Shown one piece after another: positions 14,160 to 22,614 of a stretch of 38,861 bases of DNA (within the stretch, counting starts at the first letter, position 1; every line of letters starts with the position of its first letter). The notes beneath the pieces are model-generated. The model was given only the letters and a program-made list of their open reading frames with translations. It was not told the DNA's origin and did no database searches. Source of the DNA: a virus; the IMG/VR virus record IMGVR_UViG_3300011126_000093, one strand, 5' to 3'. Position numbers and translations under genes: made by a program.

Positions 14160-14308
14160 TTTACAGCCTCCTTTTTCCCGGCGTCGGGAATATGGTTTAC
14201 AGCCTTTTTGTTGTGTACCCAGCGCTTAACGCCGTTTTTATCAATGTACCAGCGGCGCAATAGTCCGCTTTCAATGTCGTAAGTGTAGCCAAAGCCGCCT
14301 GTGATCAT
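14156..14308 (-). CDS. hypothetical protein (50 aa; below the ORF-track length cut-off)
   Basis: ATGA overlap with gene 14305..14640; MITGGFGYTYDIESGLLRRWYIDKNGVKRW... Confidence 0.5.
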   Translation of the reverse strand: MITGGFGYTYDIESGLLRRWYIDKNGVKRWVHNKKAVNHIPDAGKKEAVK

Positions 14309-14640
14309 GCCACACCCTTCCTTAAGCGTCGGTTTACGCAGTACTTAATACTGATAGCGGTGGTGTTATAAATTGTCGCTATCTCGGCCCATGTCAGTCC
14401 GTGCCCTGAGTTCTTAAGCTCGCAGATAGCCGCTATTTCATCGTCAGAGTATATGGCCCCGTAGGGTTTGCTTTTGTCAACAACAGACACTCCGTGACGC
14501 TTAGCATGTCGTCTGATTTGTATCTCAGTCATCCACGGTAGGCGATCCATCATCACCTGCAAGCCCAAACCTTCACACTCTTTCAATGTGCGCAGCTCTG
14601 GGGCTTTTAAAATATGGTACTTGCGTTTGTTATCACTCAT
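14305..14640 (-). CDS. putative helix-turn-helix DNA-binding protein (111 aa)
   Basis: C-terminal GLTWAEIATIYNTTAISIKYCVNRRLRKG looks like an HTH. Confidence 0.45.
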   Translation of the reverse strand: MSDNKRKYHILKAPELRTLKECEGLGLQVMMDRLPWMTEIQIRRHAKRHGVSVVDKSKPYGAIYSDDEIAAICELKNSGHGLTWAEIATIYNTTAISIKYCVNRRLRKGVA

Positions 14641-15049
14641 AAGGATTTTCCCCGCGCAGAGCCTTAGCGTTAGCTATAGAATCTTCTTCTGATAGCCAGA
14701 TGCCGTGTCGGAGGGCGCATTGATCTGTATTGGTATTTCTCCACACCTCTTTAGTTATCCCGCAATCAACCCAAGGATTGAGCGCCCAGAAATTAACCCC
14801 AACTTCAGGCGCTTCAGTCTCAGGCGCTGGCACGTCGTAGCCGTTTAGCGTGTGGGTGCGTGGTGCTAGGCGGAATTTATATTTATCGGATCCTATTGAG
14901 CTTACAGTCGCCGATTCTGGCAGCTCCATCCAGCCATTTGACCATCCGATTCCGCCGCTAAGAATCTGCAACCCATCAACGGGACTCTTACCCGCTCGCA
15001 TATTATCAGCCATGTGCTGGAATACTTGTGCTTTTGTTAGTGTTTTCAT
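14633..15049 (-). CDS. hypothetical protein (138 aa)
   Basis: ORF track; overlaps the downstream gene by 8 nt. Confidence 0.55.
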   Translation of the reverse strand: MKTLTKAQVFQHMADNMRAGKSPVDGLQILSGGIGWSNGWMELPESATVSSIGSDKYKFRLAPRTHTLNGYDVPAPETEAPEVGVNFWALNPWVDCGITKEVWRNTNTDQCALRHGIWLSEEDSIANAKALRGENPYE

Positions 15050-15051
15050 GT

Positions 15052-15264
15052 TTATTCTCCTTCCATTTCCTGAAACATTGCGTCTATCTGGTCTCTGATC
15101 TCAGGCCAGCTTTCTTTTCGTAGGTATACGAAATCTTCTTCTTGCTTCAGTGATACCGTTGGATCGTCGTCACCGTCTGGCGATTTGCTGATAGTTGTTT
15201 CTGTCGTCGTTTGGTCGTCCCATATGTGCGAAACGGTAACTGATTTTACTCTTGATCTTTTCAT
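15052..15264 (-). CDS. hypothetical acidic protein (70 aa)
   Basis: Start at ATG 15264 after GGGAGG (the track start is GTG 15276). Confidence 0.5.
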   Translation of the reverse strand: MKRSRVKSVTVSHIWDDQTTTETTISKSPDGDDDPTVSLKQEEDFVYLRKESWPEIRDQIDAMFQEMEGE

Positions 15265-15281
15265 GATTCCTCCCACGCCGT

Positions 15282-15509
15282 CTAAGTGTATTTTTGAATT
15301 ACATTTTGAACTTCTACCATCATTGTTTTGTACGTCTGCTCTTTTAAGTCTTGCCGTTTTTTTTGGTATTCGACTTCTTTTCTAACCTTCTCCACCTCGA
15401 GGCACAACGTTTGGATTACTTCGCAAGCTTCTAATAAACTTGGCTTTCTTAGCATTGCCCTAGTTCTATCCCAGTCTTTAGATATAGAGCTTATTTCTAT
15501 TTCACTCAT
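15282..15509 (-). CDS. hypothetical protein (75 aa)
   Basis: ORF track; ATGA-type overlap with the upstream gene. Confidence 0.55.
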   Translation of the reverse strand: MSEIEISSISKDWDRTRAMLRKPSLLEACEVIQTLCLEVEKVRKEVEYQKKRQDLKEQTYKTMMVEVQNVIQKYT

Positions 15510-15742
15510 CCGTAGTACGCCTCAAACATTTCTAGATCGCTACCTTTAACAAAGAAGTACTCACGAACAGTTGTTGATTTGTCGTGAACCTTGCGGATTA
15601 CAGACCCCCAAAGCCTGAAGAATGTTGTTTGTATTTCCATTTCATCGCCTTGATTAAATCCGGCGGATTTTACAGGTACTGCAACGCCATTTTCTATCTG
15701 GGTTTCAATGTCTACTACAGTGTAGTTTTTGTTGATTTTCAT
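15506..15742 (-). CDS. hypothetical protein (78 aa), first gene of the leftward early operon
   Basis: ORF track; SD GGGGAAG; box promoter lies 35 nt upstream. Confidence 0.55.
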   Translation of the reverse strand: MKINKNYTVVDIETQIENGVAVPVKSAGFNQGDEMEIQTTFFRLWGSVIRKVHDKSTTVREYFFVKGSDLEMFEAYYG

Positions 15743-15775
15743 TTTGCTTCCCCGCTGTTGTTAGTTGATGTATCT

Positions 15776-15820
15776 ATATTAGCTAACTGATTAAGCGGAG
15801 GGTAGGACGGAACGGGCCAA
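15776..15820 (-). promoter_or_regulatory. Box-type promoter, leftward early (TTGGCCC-N5-GTCCTAC, 20 bp, TAATAT)
   Basis: Minus strand reads TTGGCCCGTTCCGTCCTAC-N20-TAATAT. Confidence 0.55.
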
Positions 15821-15831
15821 CTTGCAGGCAT

Positions 15832-15853
15832 AAAAAAGCCCCAGTTAAGGGGC
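15832..15853 (-). terminator. Rho-independent terminator (minus strand) between the divergent promoters
   Basis: Minus strand reads GCCCC-TTAACT-GGGGC followed by TTTTTT. Confidence 0.65.
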
Positions 15854-15891
15854 AAGGTGTCGAAGGGGATCAACGGGGAAAATATAGCATG

Positions 15892-15935
15892 TTGGCGTGA
15901 AGTGTCCTACAAATTTATTTACGGGGCGGTATAGT
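15892..15935 (+). promoter_or_regulatory. Box-type promoter, rightward (TTGGCGT-N5-GTCCTAC, 19 bp, TATAGT)
   Basis: Plus strand reads TTGGCGTGAAGTGTCCTAC-N19-TATAGT, 25 nt before the ATG at 15961. Confidence 0.6.
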
Positions 15936-15960
15936 TAGTAAAAACTAAGAGGGCAACACT

Positions 15961-16272
15961 ATGAGCTATGACGACATCATCGAGAAACGCAGACTAGACG
16001 CGATTGACGCGAGAGAGGCTGCCAAAAAGGCGCTAGAAGCTCGTGCCGATGAAATATACGCAGACAGTAATATGGTTGGCGATATGATGTTAAGCATCGC
16101 TGATACTCACTCAAAGACTTACGATATTAACGACGACAATATCGTTCACGAGCTAGTTATTAGTACGATACTGAATGAAAACGATCCAGTGAAGCTTGCA
16201 GTAGCAATCGAGAAGTTTCGCGGGATTTATTACAAACACTCTTATGCCTTGGCTGAAAAGGAGAATAAATAA
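15961..16272 (+). CDS. hypothetical protein (103 aa)
   Basis: ORF track; SD AGAGGG. Confidence 0.6.
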   Translation: MSYDDIIEKRRLDAIDAREAAKKALEARADEIYADSNMVGDMMLSIADTHSKTYDINDDNIVHELVISTILNENDPVKLAVAIEKFRGIYYKHSYALAEKENK

Positions 16273-16907
16273 TGACTAAACTAGTCGAATGCTACGTTGC
16301 AAACCCTACACACGATGAAGCTGTTGAGATTATCGAGCGGCTGATTGCTAATGGGGCGCCCACTCATGATGTTGTTGGTGTGATGGATGTTTATGGCATC
16401 AAATATGCCTATGACGAGCGCAATTGTTGGGGATATTATTCAGAGTTTGGAACTTACACGCACGACACGAATTCCGACTGGGCTAGACGATCCAAGCAAC
16501 TAACAATGCCAGAATTCCGCGCGGCTTTTCCTTGTGATAAGTATGATGAGGTTAATTCGGGGTTACAGGTAGGTGAAATCATGGAGCTGGTAGAAGATAC
16601 TGACTTTTTCTCTGCACAAACTGGCGAATCAACAACACTTAAAACCGGTCATAAAGTTGTTATCGCTGGAGTTGCTACACGCTACGACAATAACGCGACA
16701 TGCGCAGTTGTACAGTCAACAACAAATACAAGTTGTGGTTTTTGCGTCCTAAATCCTGATTTCTTACGCCCTGTTAAATCAGGCCGCGATAAGTTTGTTA
16801 AGGCTGCAAAGAAACCACTCGAAGAAATGCAGGTATCAAGTGGAAACGCTGAACGCATGGCAGAAGCTCTCTACGACGCTGGATTCAAAGCACCGGAGGC
16901 TAAATAA
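16272..16907 (+). CDS. hypothetical protein (211 aa)
   Basis: ORF track; TAATG overlap with the upstream gene. Confidence 0.6.
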   Translation: MTKLVECYVANPTHDEAVEIIERLIANGAPTHDVVGVMDVYGIKYAYDERNCWGYYSEFGTYTHDTNSDWARRSKQLTMPEFRAAFPCDKYDEVNSGLQVGEIMELVEDTDFFSAQTGESTTLKTGHKVVIAGVATRYDNNATCAVVQSTTNTSCGFCVLNPDFLRPVKSGRDKFVKAAKKPLEEMQVSSGNAERMAEALYDAGFKAPEAK

Positions 16908-17023
16908 TGACAACATTACTAGCTTATTTACTGCTAACCAATTTCAGTCCAGAGCATTCGGGATGGCTTTATGTTCTGCCTGTGTTATTTGATCTTGTAA
17001 TAATTGGAAGAATTCAAAAATGA
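16907..17023 (+). CDS. small hydrophobic peptide (38 aa; below the ORF-track length cut-off)
   Basis: GGAGGCTAAATAATG start; MTTLLAYLLLTNFSPEHSGWLYVLPVLFDLVIIGRIQK. Overlaps both neighbours. Confidence 0.5.
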   Translation: MTTLLAYLLLTNFSPEHSGWLYVLPVLFDLVIIGRIQK

Positions 17024-17121
17024 CTGCTTACAAACTATCGCTGTTAGTTCTACTCGTTGTCGTGCTCGTTATATCTAACGAGATGATCTTTCAAGACTGC
17101 GTTCAATTCGGAGTGTGTTAA
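17020..17121 (+). CDS. small hydrophobic peptide (33 aa; below the ORF-track length cut-off)
   Basis: ATGA overlap; MTAYKLSLLVLLVVVLVISNEMIFQDCVQFGVC. TAATG overlap with the next gene. Confidence 0.5.
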   Translation: MTAYKLSLLVLLVVVLVISNEMIFQDCVQFGVC

Positions 17122-17297
17122 TGACTACAATGATGCCCTATTACGTTTATGTGCGCGACGATACCGGCTGGCACGTTGCGCGGTATTACCCGAAGATGGA
17201 CGAGTACTATCTAACCGGAAATCCTGATCCTATCGAAGCTGAGGATTTCCACTTTATCGGTAATAAGGTTGACATGACAAAAGGCGGTGAGGCATGA
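17121..17297 (+). CDS. hypothetical protein (58 aa)
   Basis: ATG 17121 after GGAG (the track start is GTG 17115). Confidence 0.55.
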   Translation: MTTMMPYYVYVRDDTGWHVARYYPKMDEYYLTGNPDPIEAEDFHFIGNKVDMTKGGEA

Positions 17298-17770
17298 AGA
17301 TCTACGGGCACGACGGCAAGCATTACAAAGTTTACATGACATCGCCGCTTAATCAGGTAGAGCATTGGATTATTAGATTCAAGAATCAGCTGATGTATCG
17401 CGGGCCTGACAAGAAAATACGCTTTGTTGTGGAAGAAATCGACGGCAAGAAAACCACGGTTCACAATGTCGATTATGAATTAAAGAGTGGCTACAAATGG
17501 GATGGCGCAAGCATCCCTAAGCGTACCCAGTGGCTAATAGGAAAGCCCACAGACCCGGAGTTTCGCGTAGCTAGCTTATTCCACGACTTAGGCTATGAAA
17601 ACCGATCACGGCGCGTTCTGCAAGATGTGGTGTTCTATTTCCTACTTTGCAAGTCGCCGGTTCCGAGATGGAAAGCGGACTTAATGTACAAGGCCGTGCG
17701 AGCGGGAGGCCACATATACTACGCCTCTGACACTAGCAAGTTCTGGCGCAAAGTGCGGGGTTGGCTATGA
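17294..17770 (+). CDS. DUF1353-like protein
   Basis: YKWDGASIPKRTQW...ASLFHDLGY...MYKAVRAGG matches the DUF1353 pattern (DGASIP / HD). Confidence 0.6.
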   Translation: MKIYGHDGKHYKVYMTSPLNQVEHWIIRFKNQLMYRGPDKKIRFVVEEIDGKKTTVHNVDYELKSGYKWDGASIPKRTQWLIGKPTDPEFRVASLFHDLGYENRSRRVLQDVVFYFLLCKSPVPRWKADLMYKAVRAGGHIYYASDTSKFWRKVRGWL

Positions 17771-17982
17771 GTTGTGAGATTCATCCCAACAAAATGGCAT
17801 TTCCTGATAAGGCAAGCGCCATGACTCATATTAAAGTAGGGAGGGCCAGCAAGAGTAGTCTAGGAAGTAAAAAGTTGCGGCCCTACTTGTGCTCTAGCTG
17901 CGACCAATGGCACTTAACATCAGTGAGCAAGGTAACAGCTAGAAACATAAGAAAGGCGCTAAGAAAGCAGGCTACGGATTGA
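17767..17982 (+). CDS. zinc-ribbon protein (71 aa) with a Y-x-C-x2-C-x2-WHLTS motif
   Basis: ATGA overlap start. CEIHP...YLCSSCDQWHLTS. The 3' end overlaps the convergent endolysin gene by 11 nt. Confidence 0.55.
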   Translation: MSCEIHPNKMAFPDKASAMTHIKVGRASKSSLGSKKLRPYLCSSCDQWHLTSVSKVTARNIRKALRKQATD

Positions 17983-18394
17983 AAAAATAAAGGTGACTCT
18001 GGCCGGTTGGTTTCGTGTCGATATGAAGCCAGCTAACTTTATTTTCTACTCGTGTGAAATAAGGAATGTCATTACCTTGAGCCTGATATTCTGCTAAGTC
18101 GTCGCGTATTTCCTGCGCTGTTTTGTGCTTGAATTTTAGATCAAGAGCGCAGCCGCTAGAGTGCTGAGACGTTGCAGAATAATACTCTGAATCAGTAGTT
18201 CTAATACCAGATTGAGTAAAGTTACCGCCCCATTTCCAGTCATTAATAGTAGCAGGCCCGTAACGCTCTCTAAGCCAGTCAGCGGCTTTTAATACGTTAG
18301 GGTCGAACATACGCCACAACGCGTCTTCATTAAGCATGACAAACAGCTCTGGCGGGACTAGCTCTTCAATTTCAAAGTGTTTGCATTTGTACAT
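17972..18394 (-). CDS. Peptidase M15-family endolysin
   Basis: SQHSSGCALDLKF and WLHID metal-binding motifs. Start at ATG 18394 after TAGGA (the track start is GTG 18442). Confidence 0.8.
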   Translation of the reverse strand: MYKCKHFEIEELVPPELFVMLNEDALWRMFDPNVLKAADWLRERYGPATINDWKWGGNFTQSGIRTTDSEYYSATSQHSSGCALDLKFKHKTAQEIRDDLAEYQAQGNDIPYFTRVENKVSWLHIDTKPTGQSHLYFFNP

Positions 18395-18520
18395 GATAGT
18401 CCTAAGCCGCACAACAGTGCGGCGTTTACGCCTGCGTGGCACTAGGCCACGAGGCAGCGTGGGAGGCGCTTGTGGGGTGGTTAGGTGACTGATCCAGTCG
18501 GGGATTATTGTAATTTGATA

Positions 18521-20620
18521 TCATGTCTTTTCTATGAATCCAGAGGACTCTAATTTTTCTAGCAGATTATTAAATTTATCTTCAGCTGTAGAGTCCGTCC
18601 AACCGGTCGCTGTGCTGATTGACGGCGCAGTACCGATAAAATTAGTAGCTAGGTTTGCGGATATACCTAGACTGCCGTCCCCATCAACATTCCTAAGTGC
18701 GCCATTTGTTACTGTCGCTTGTATCCGAGCGGCATAAACTTGCGACCCAGAGGACGGCATTGATACACCGTCGATGCTGGCATTGGTTGTGCCAAGTATT
18801 TCTACCGCCGCGTCACTTCCGACTAATACGTTATCCCTACCTTTTATCGCTCCACCACTGACATTAAGCAGACCGTTTATATAAACAGCGGAACCATCAT
18901 TATTTGATGCGCTCACGCCATTTATAGTTACTTCACCAGCGCCGGGATTGTAGCTAGTATTTACTATGTCAACTGCTCTTCCGGTGTTACCAGACGACGA
19001 GAAATTAGATGACAGAGTTACGCTCTGTGCGCCGCGCACCATTAAACCCCGTCCGCCTGATCCTGTTATCCGTGCATTAGTTTCTAGCCCGATAAATTTT
19101 GTAGACCCTAGTGCATATATTCCGTTTTTAGCAGCGTCTGAAATTTCTAAATCACAGACTAAATCATCAGCATTCAATATAGTGACACCGTTACCGTAAA
19201 AATCGGGGTTAGCTCCTGCCCACGTTATTGACACCCCATCCGATGTGCATTTGTCGTCAATGTGTACCCCGTCTCCAGTTACGAAAAAGTCCGAATTAAT
19301 ATTCTGGCTAGCGTTACATCCAAAAAAACCACCGCGTTTATAATTTTTAACATTTGGTGTGGCATTGTCGTCCTCGTATGAAAAACCGCCGCCCTCCGGC
19401 ACTGATAGATGCCCTAGGTTTGTACCGTTTCCAAAAGACTCACAATGGATAAATTTGACAGCGGTCGCGTCAAAGGCCGCCGCCCCAAAATCCTCGTTAT
19501 CTCTCATTGCACAGTTGATCATTTTAGAACGGTTCCATGTCTCCATGTCCGCCGCGTCATAATTATCAGGGTCTCTGGAGATGCCTACCCCATTGTCGTG
19601 TACTGCTTCCGCAAACTCCCCATCATACCACCGCCCATTCGGTGATTTAAATGCGCTAAAAGTGTTACATAGCCCATTCCGTACCGTCCCGCCGTACCCG
19701 CGCCATTTGTTTACATACTCGAATCGTATGGCGGCATAAGCTGTGTCGCTAGTGGAGTATGTATAGCCGACAACATTACTACCGTTTCCGTCTATTTCAA
19801 CACCCGGCTCCAGACGAATTTCAGCGCCATCAAGCGGAGCAAGAGAAGTACCGGCAAATAAAAACAAACAACTTTTTGACGTTTTCGTCAGAGCCATGCT
19901 TGTTTTAATTAGTGTTTTGCTACCCGAGTGATTTATGTCTATCTGATCCGAGCAGGATATTTGACTGGATCCGCTGATCTCAACGAAACATGAGGTGTTA
20001 GTAGATTGATAAGCATACGCAGATTGCAGTGCTCCATGTATATCGCCTGTCCCGATCCACCCAAACATCTCCGGCGTCACATAGCCATTCAGTCGGCGCT
20101 TCAACACCCCCACACTAGCATCTACGCCATCAAGTTCAACGTAAACGCCTTCCATCGTATCCGCTGCTACTTCTGCGCTGTAGTCGCCAACCAAGTATTC
20201 AAACAGCCCAGAGCGGCCTCCTTCGGATAGGTAGACGACATCGCCAGCGGTTAGGCCGGTGGCTGCCTTCATGGCAGTGCGCCCAGCATATTGAGCTACG
20301 GCAATGTCCTTTACGGCTCCGTTAATATCGGCGGCCTTGTAAAGCTTTGCGGTTGTATCTGTGCCTGTAATTATCTGAGCTTTAGTTCCAACCGGAATGG
20401 CTCCGGTATTTAATGAATCCTTAAGCTCTTTATCGGAATACATCTTAAGCGCGGTACTGGTTCCGTCAGCAATAGAGGCGGCTGTACCCGCTACAATGTC
20501 GCCACGGAATATCTTTTCGCCCACTGCGTTAGTTGAGCGGTAGGTTACAACCGTATCGCCACCAGACAATGCTCCTGTTTCGTACTCGCCTAGCGTTTTT
20601 TTCTTTGTTAGATCAACCAT
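18521..20620 (-). CDS. Tailspike / receptor-binding protein with a right-handed beta-helix (pectate-lyase-like) body
   Basis: GGRSGLFEY..GDYS...GYVTPEMFGW.GTGD entry motif and repetitive G/N/S/T-rich beta-helix turns. The N-terminus MVDLTKK is shared with gene 26911..28365. Confidence 0.75.
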   Translation of the reverse strand: MVDLTKKKTLGEYETGALSGGDTVVTYRSTNAVGEKIFRGDIVAGTAASIADGTSTALKMYSDKELKDSLNTGAIPVGTKAQIITGTDTTAKLYKAADINGAVKDIAVAQYAGRTAMKAATGLTAGDVVYLSEGGRSGLFEYLVGDYSAEVAADTMEGVYVELDGVDASVGVLKRRLNGYVTPEMFGWIGTGDIHGALQSAYAYQSTNTSCFVEISGSSQISCSDQIDINHSGSKTLIKTSMALTKTSKSCLFLFAGTSLAPLDGAEIRLEPGVEIDGNGSNVVGYTYSTSDTAYAAIRFEYVNKWRGYGGTVRNGLCNTFSAFKSPNGRWYDGEFAEAVHDNGVGISRDPDNYDAADMETWNRSKMINCAMRDNEDFGAAAFDATAVKFIHCESFGNGTNLGHLSVPEGGGFSYEDDNATPNVKNYKRGGFFGCNASQNINSDFFVTGDGVHIDDKCTSDGVSITWAGANPDFYGNGVTILNADDLVCDLEISDAAKNGIYALGSTKFIGLETNARITGSGGRGLMVRGAQSVTLSSNFSSSGNTGRAVDIVNTSYNPGAGEVTINGVSASNNDGSAVYINGLLNVSGGAIKGRDNVLVGSDAAVEILGTTNASIDGVSMPSSGSQVYAARIQATVTNGALRNVDGDGSLGISANLATNFIGTAPSISTATGWTDSTAEDKFNNLLEKLESSGFIEKT

Positions 20621-22614
20621 TACCGTTCCTCTTCACTCATAGTTTCAACCGCTACACCAAGGCCGATTCCCGCACCTAGTCTAGGATATTGTTTTTCAAT
20701 CAACTTAATCAGGTCAGTATTAGGCTTGTAGCCCTGCACCGCCCGATTAGCCATTGACGCTGCTTTAGCACTACGCCCCATCTCTTGTACTTGGTTGCCG
20801 ATAATCGGCCCAACGGTAGGGATTTTATTTAGCAGCGAAAAGACGCCAAGCTTAGCCATGCTATCAATAAAAAATCCAGCAGAACCTTTAGGGATAGCGC
20901 CTGCCGGTGGTATTAAATCTTCAGCCTGCTTGCGCATTAGCTTTAGCTTTGCAAACTCTTCAGGCGTGAATACTTTTTTAAGCTTTGGCTCTAACTGGTC
21001 GTAGCGCTTAACAAAAGCATTAGCCCCAAATGTGCGTTCTCCCTGAATCTTTCGGCTAGAAGCTCCGTAACCTGAATCCATTAAATCTAGGATAAACTCT
21101 GCCTTCATTGAATTCTTTGCGAATCGCCCACGGCTTCCAGCTCTATCTAGCGACTTGATAACTTTATCAAACTGCTCAATAGGTGTGGACTTGGCCACCA
21201 GCTTAGAGTAAACCTGACTCTCTTCAATGCTTGGCACTCTGCTCTTAAATGACTTATCCGCTATTAGCTGAGAAACCAGAGCCTTATCGTCAAACTCTGT
21301 CTTTAGTGCGACATGAGACAAGCGGGCATTCTTAGCAGCTAAAGCAACATCCGGCGCGCCTGTTTTTTCTAATGCGCTAGATGCAAGCTCAAACTCAGAA
21401 TCCAAAGCCTTTCTAATCGGGCCTACAATCCTAGACGTTGCTCCGGTAGGGTCGCCAGCTTCAATAGAAGCCAACCGCTTTCGGAATCGCTCTTGATTTG
21501 AAATAGATAGGTTTTCGACTGGTATCTTTCCATCACCCTTTATAATTCCAAACTCTTCCATCAACCCCTTCAAGGCGTTGTACTCACCTGTTTTCGTGGT
21601 GGCAAAGTCTCTGAATTCACCAGGTTCAGGGAAGGCGTCCAAGATCGGGCGCTTAGACAATTCAACATCAATATCTTTAGTTACTTCAGCAAGCGTATCG
21701 TAAGCTTGGGCGCGCTTGAATCGTGCCGAGTTCTCGCGTAATTTGATAGCGTCCTTCACTGCTGCGCCAACTTCGCCAGCCTGTTCTGGGGAAATATCTT
21801 CCAGATACTTCTTAATCTCACGGCTCTGATTTAGCTTAAAAGCTCGCATCGTGTCGCCAGCTTCGCCAGATTGCTCTAACAAGAATTGTTCTTGCTTTAG
21901 CTTATCAAAACCGGATTGTGTTGATTTTAAAGCCTCACCTTCAGTAATTGGTATCCCTGATTTCTCAGCTTGAATAACCTCAACTGGCTTTTCTTTAGGT
22001 CTAATAGGCTTCGTGGCTTTGCCTGCCAAATCAGCAGCCTTAACGGCTTGCGGTGTCGCCCTTGCAACTTGCCCAATTGCCGCCAATTGACCACCAAAAC
22101 CAGCTAACGGCGCTAATGCCTCGCCAGCTTCACCAAGAGCCCGTACATACTCTTGGCCGACCTCGGTACGCGGAGCATAAGTTAGCGCCTGCGAGTATTC
22201 AGCAGCTAAGTTCTCAATGCGGTCGGCAGCGTCTTGCGTTCCGAATTTGCCTGAACGAATTTCATCAGCCAAACCTTTAAGGGTTCCGCCAAACATTCCA
22301 AGCGTGCCGCCTGTAGCGCCCGTAGCGGTTGTTAATGCAGCTTCGCCAACACCTAGTGCCTTTTGACCAATACCAGCCTCTGGCTTAGGCTGAGACGGCG
22401 CAATAAGCCCTTCAATGTCAGGTTGGTCTCCGTACATATCAGCGAATTGTTCTGGAGTTAGGCTGCCTTTGGCTGGCGTCTCAGTAGAGGCTTGCACACC
22501 AAAATCTTCAGCAGTAGCTAACCCGGCAGATATGGCTTTCTGCATTATCTGATCTTTAGTGGTGCCCTCTGGAACACCTTCGATAATCGTTCCGTTCGGT
22601 AGCTGCACTCTCAT
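20620..22614 (-). CDS. internal virion / DNA-ejection protein (P22 gp16 position)
   Basis: Synteny with the P22 order 4-10-26-14-7-20-16-9. A/G/K-rich and 664 aa long. Confidence 0.5.
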   Translation of the reverse strand: MRVQLPNGTIIEGVPEGTTKDQIMQKAISAGLATAEDFGVQASTETPAKGSLTPEQFADMYGDQPDIEGLIAPSQPKPEAGIGQKALGVGEAALTTATGATGGTLGMFGGTLKGLADEIRSGKFGTQDAADRIENLAAEYSQALTYAPRTEVGQEYVRALGEAGEALAPLAGFGGQLAAIGQVARATPQAVKAADLAGKATKPIRPKEKPVEVIQAEKSGIPITEGEALKSTQSGFDKLKQEQFLLEQSGEAGDTMRAFKLNQSREIKKYLEDISPEQAGEVGAAVKDAIKLRENSARFKRAQAYDTLAEVTKDIDVELSKRPILDAFPEPGEFRDFATTKTGEYNALKGLMEEFGIIKGDGKIPVENLSISNQERFRKRLASIEAGDPTGATSRIVGPIRKALDSEFELASSALEKTGAPDVALAAKNARLSHVALKTEFDDKALVSQLIADKSFKSRVPSIEESQVYSKLVAKSTPIEQFDKVIKSLDRAGSRGRFAKNSMKAEFILDLMDSGYGASSRKIQGERTFGANAFVKRYDQLEPKLKKVFTPEEFAKLKLMRKQAEDLIPPAGAIPKGSAGFFIDSMAKLGVFSLLNKIPTVGPIIGNQVQEMGRSAKAASMANRAVQGYKPNTDLIKLIEKQYPRLGAGIGLGVAVETMSEEER

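Noticed and set aside
14866-14903. CTAGG...CCTAT inverted repeat with a 21-bp spacer inside gene 14633..15049.
   Set aside because: The spacing differs from the 10-bp spacing of the promoter box, it is in the plus orientation inside a minus-strand CDS, and no -10 element is associated with it.
18401-18428. Hairpin GCCGCAC-AACA-GTGCGGC between the tailspike and endolysin genes, considered as a terminator.
   Set aside because: On the transcribed minus strand it is followed by only two T residues and then by the endolysin SD. It more likely affects translation or stability than causes efficient termination.
20226-20247. GGTAGAC-GACAT-CGCCAGC, a box-like sequence within the tailspike gene.
   Set aside because: It lacks one base of the GTAGGAC half-site and has no -10-like element downstream on the minus strand. 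It also lies deep inside a coding region.
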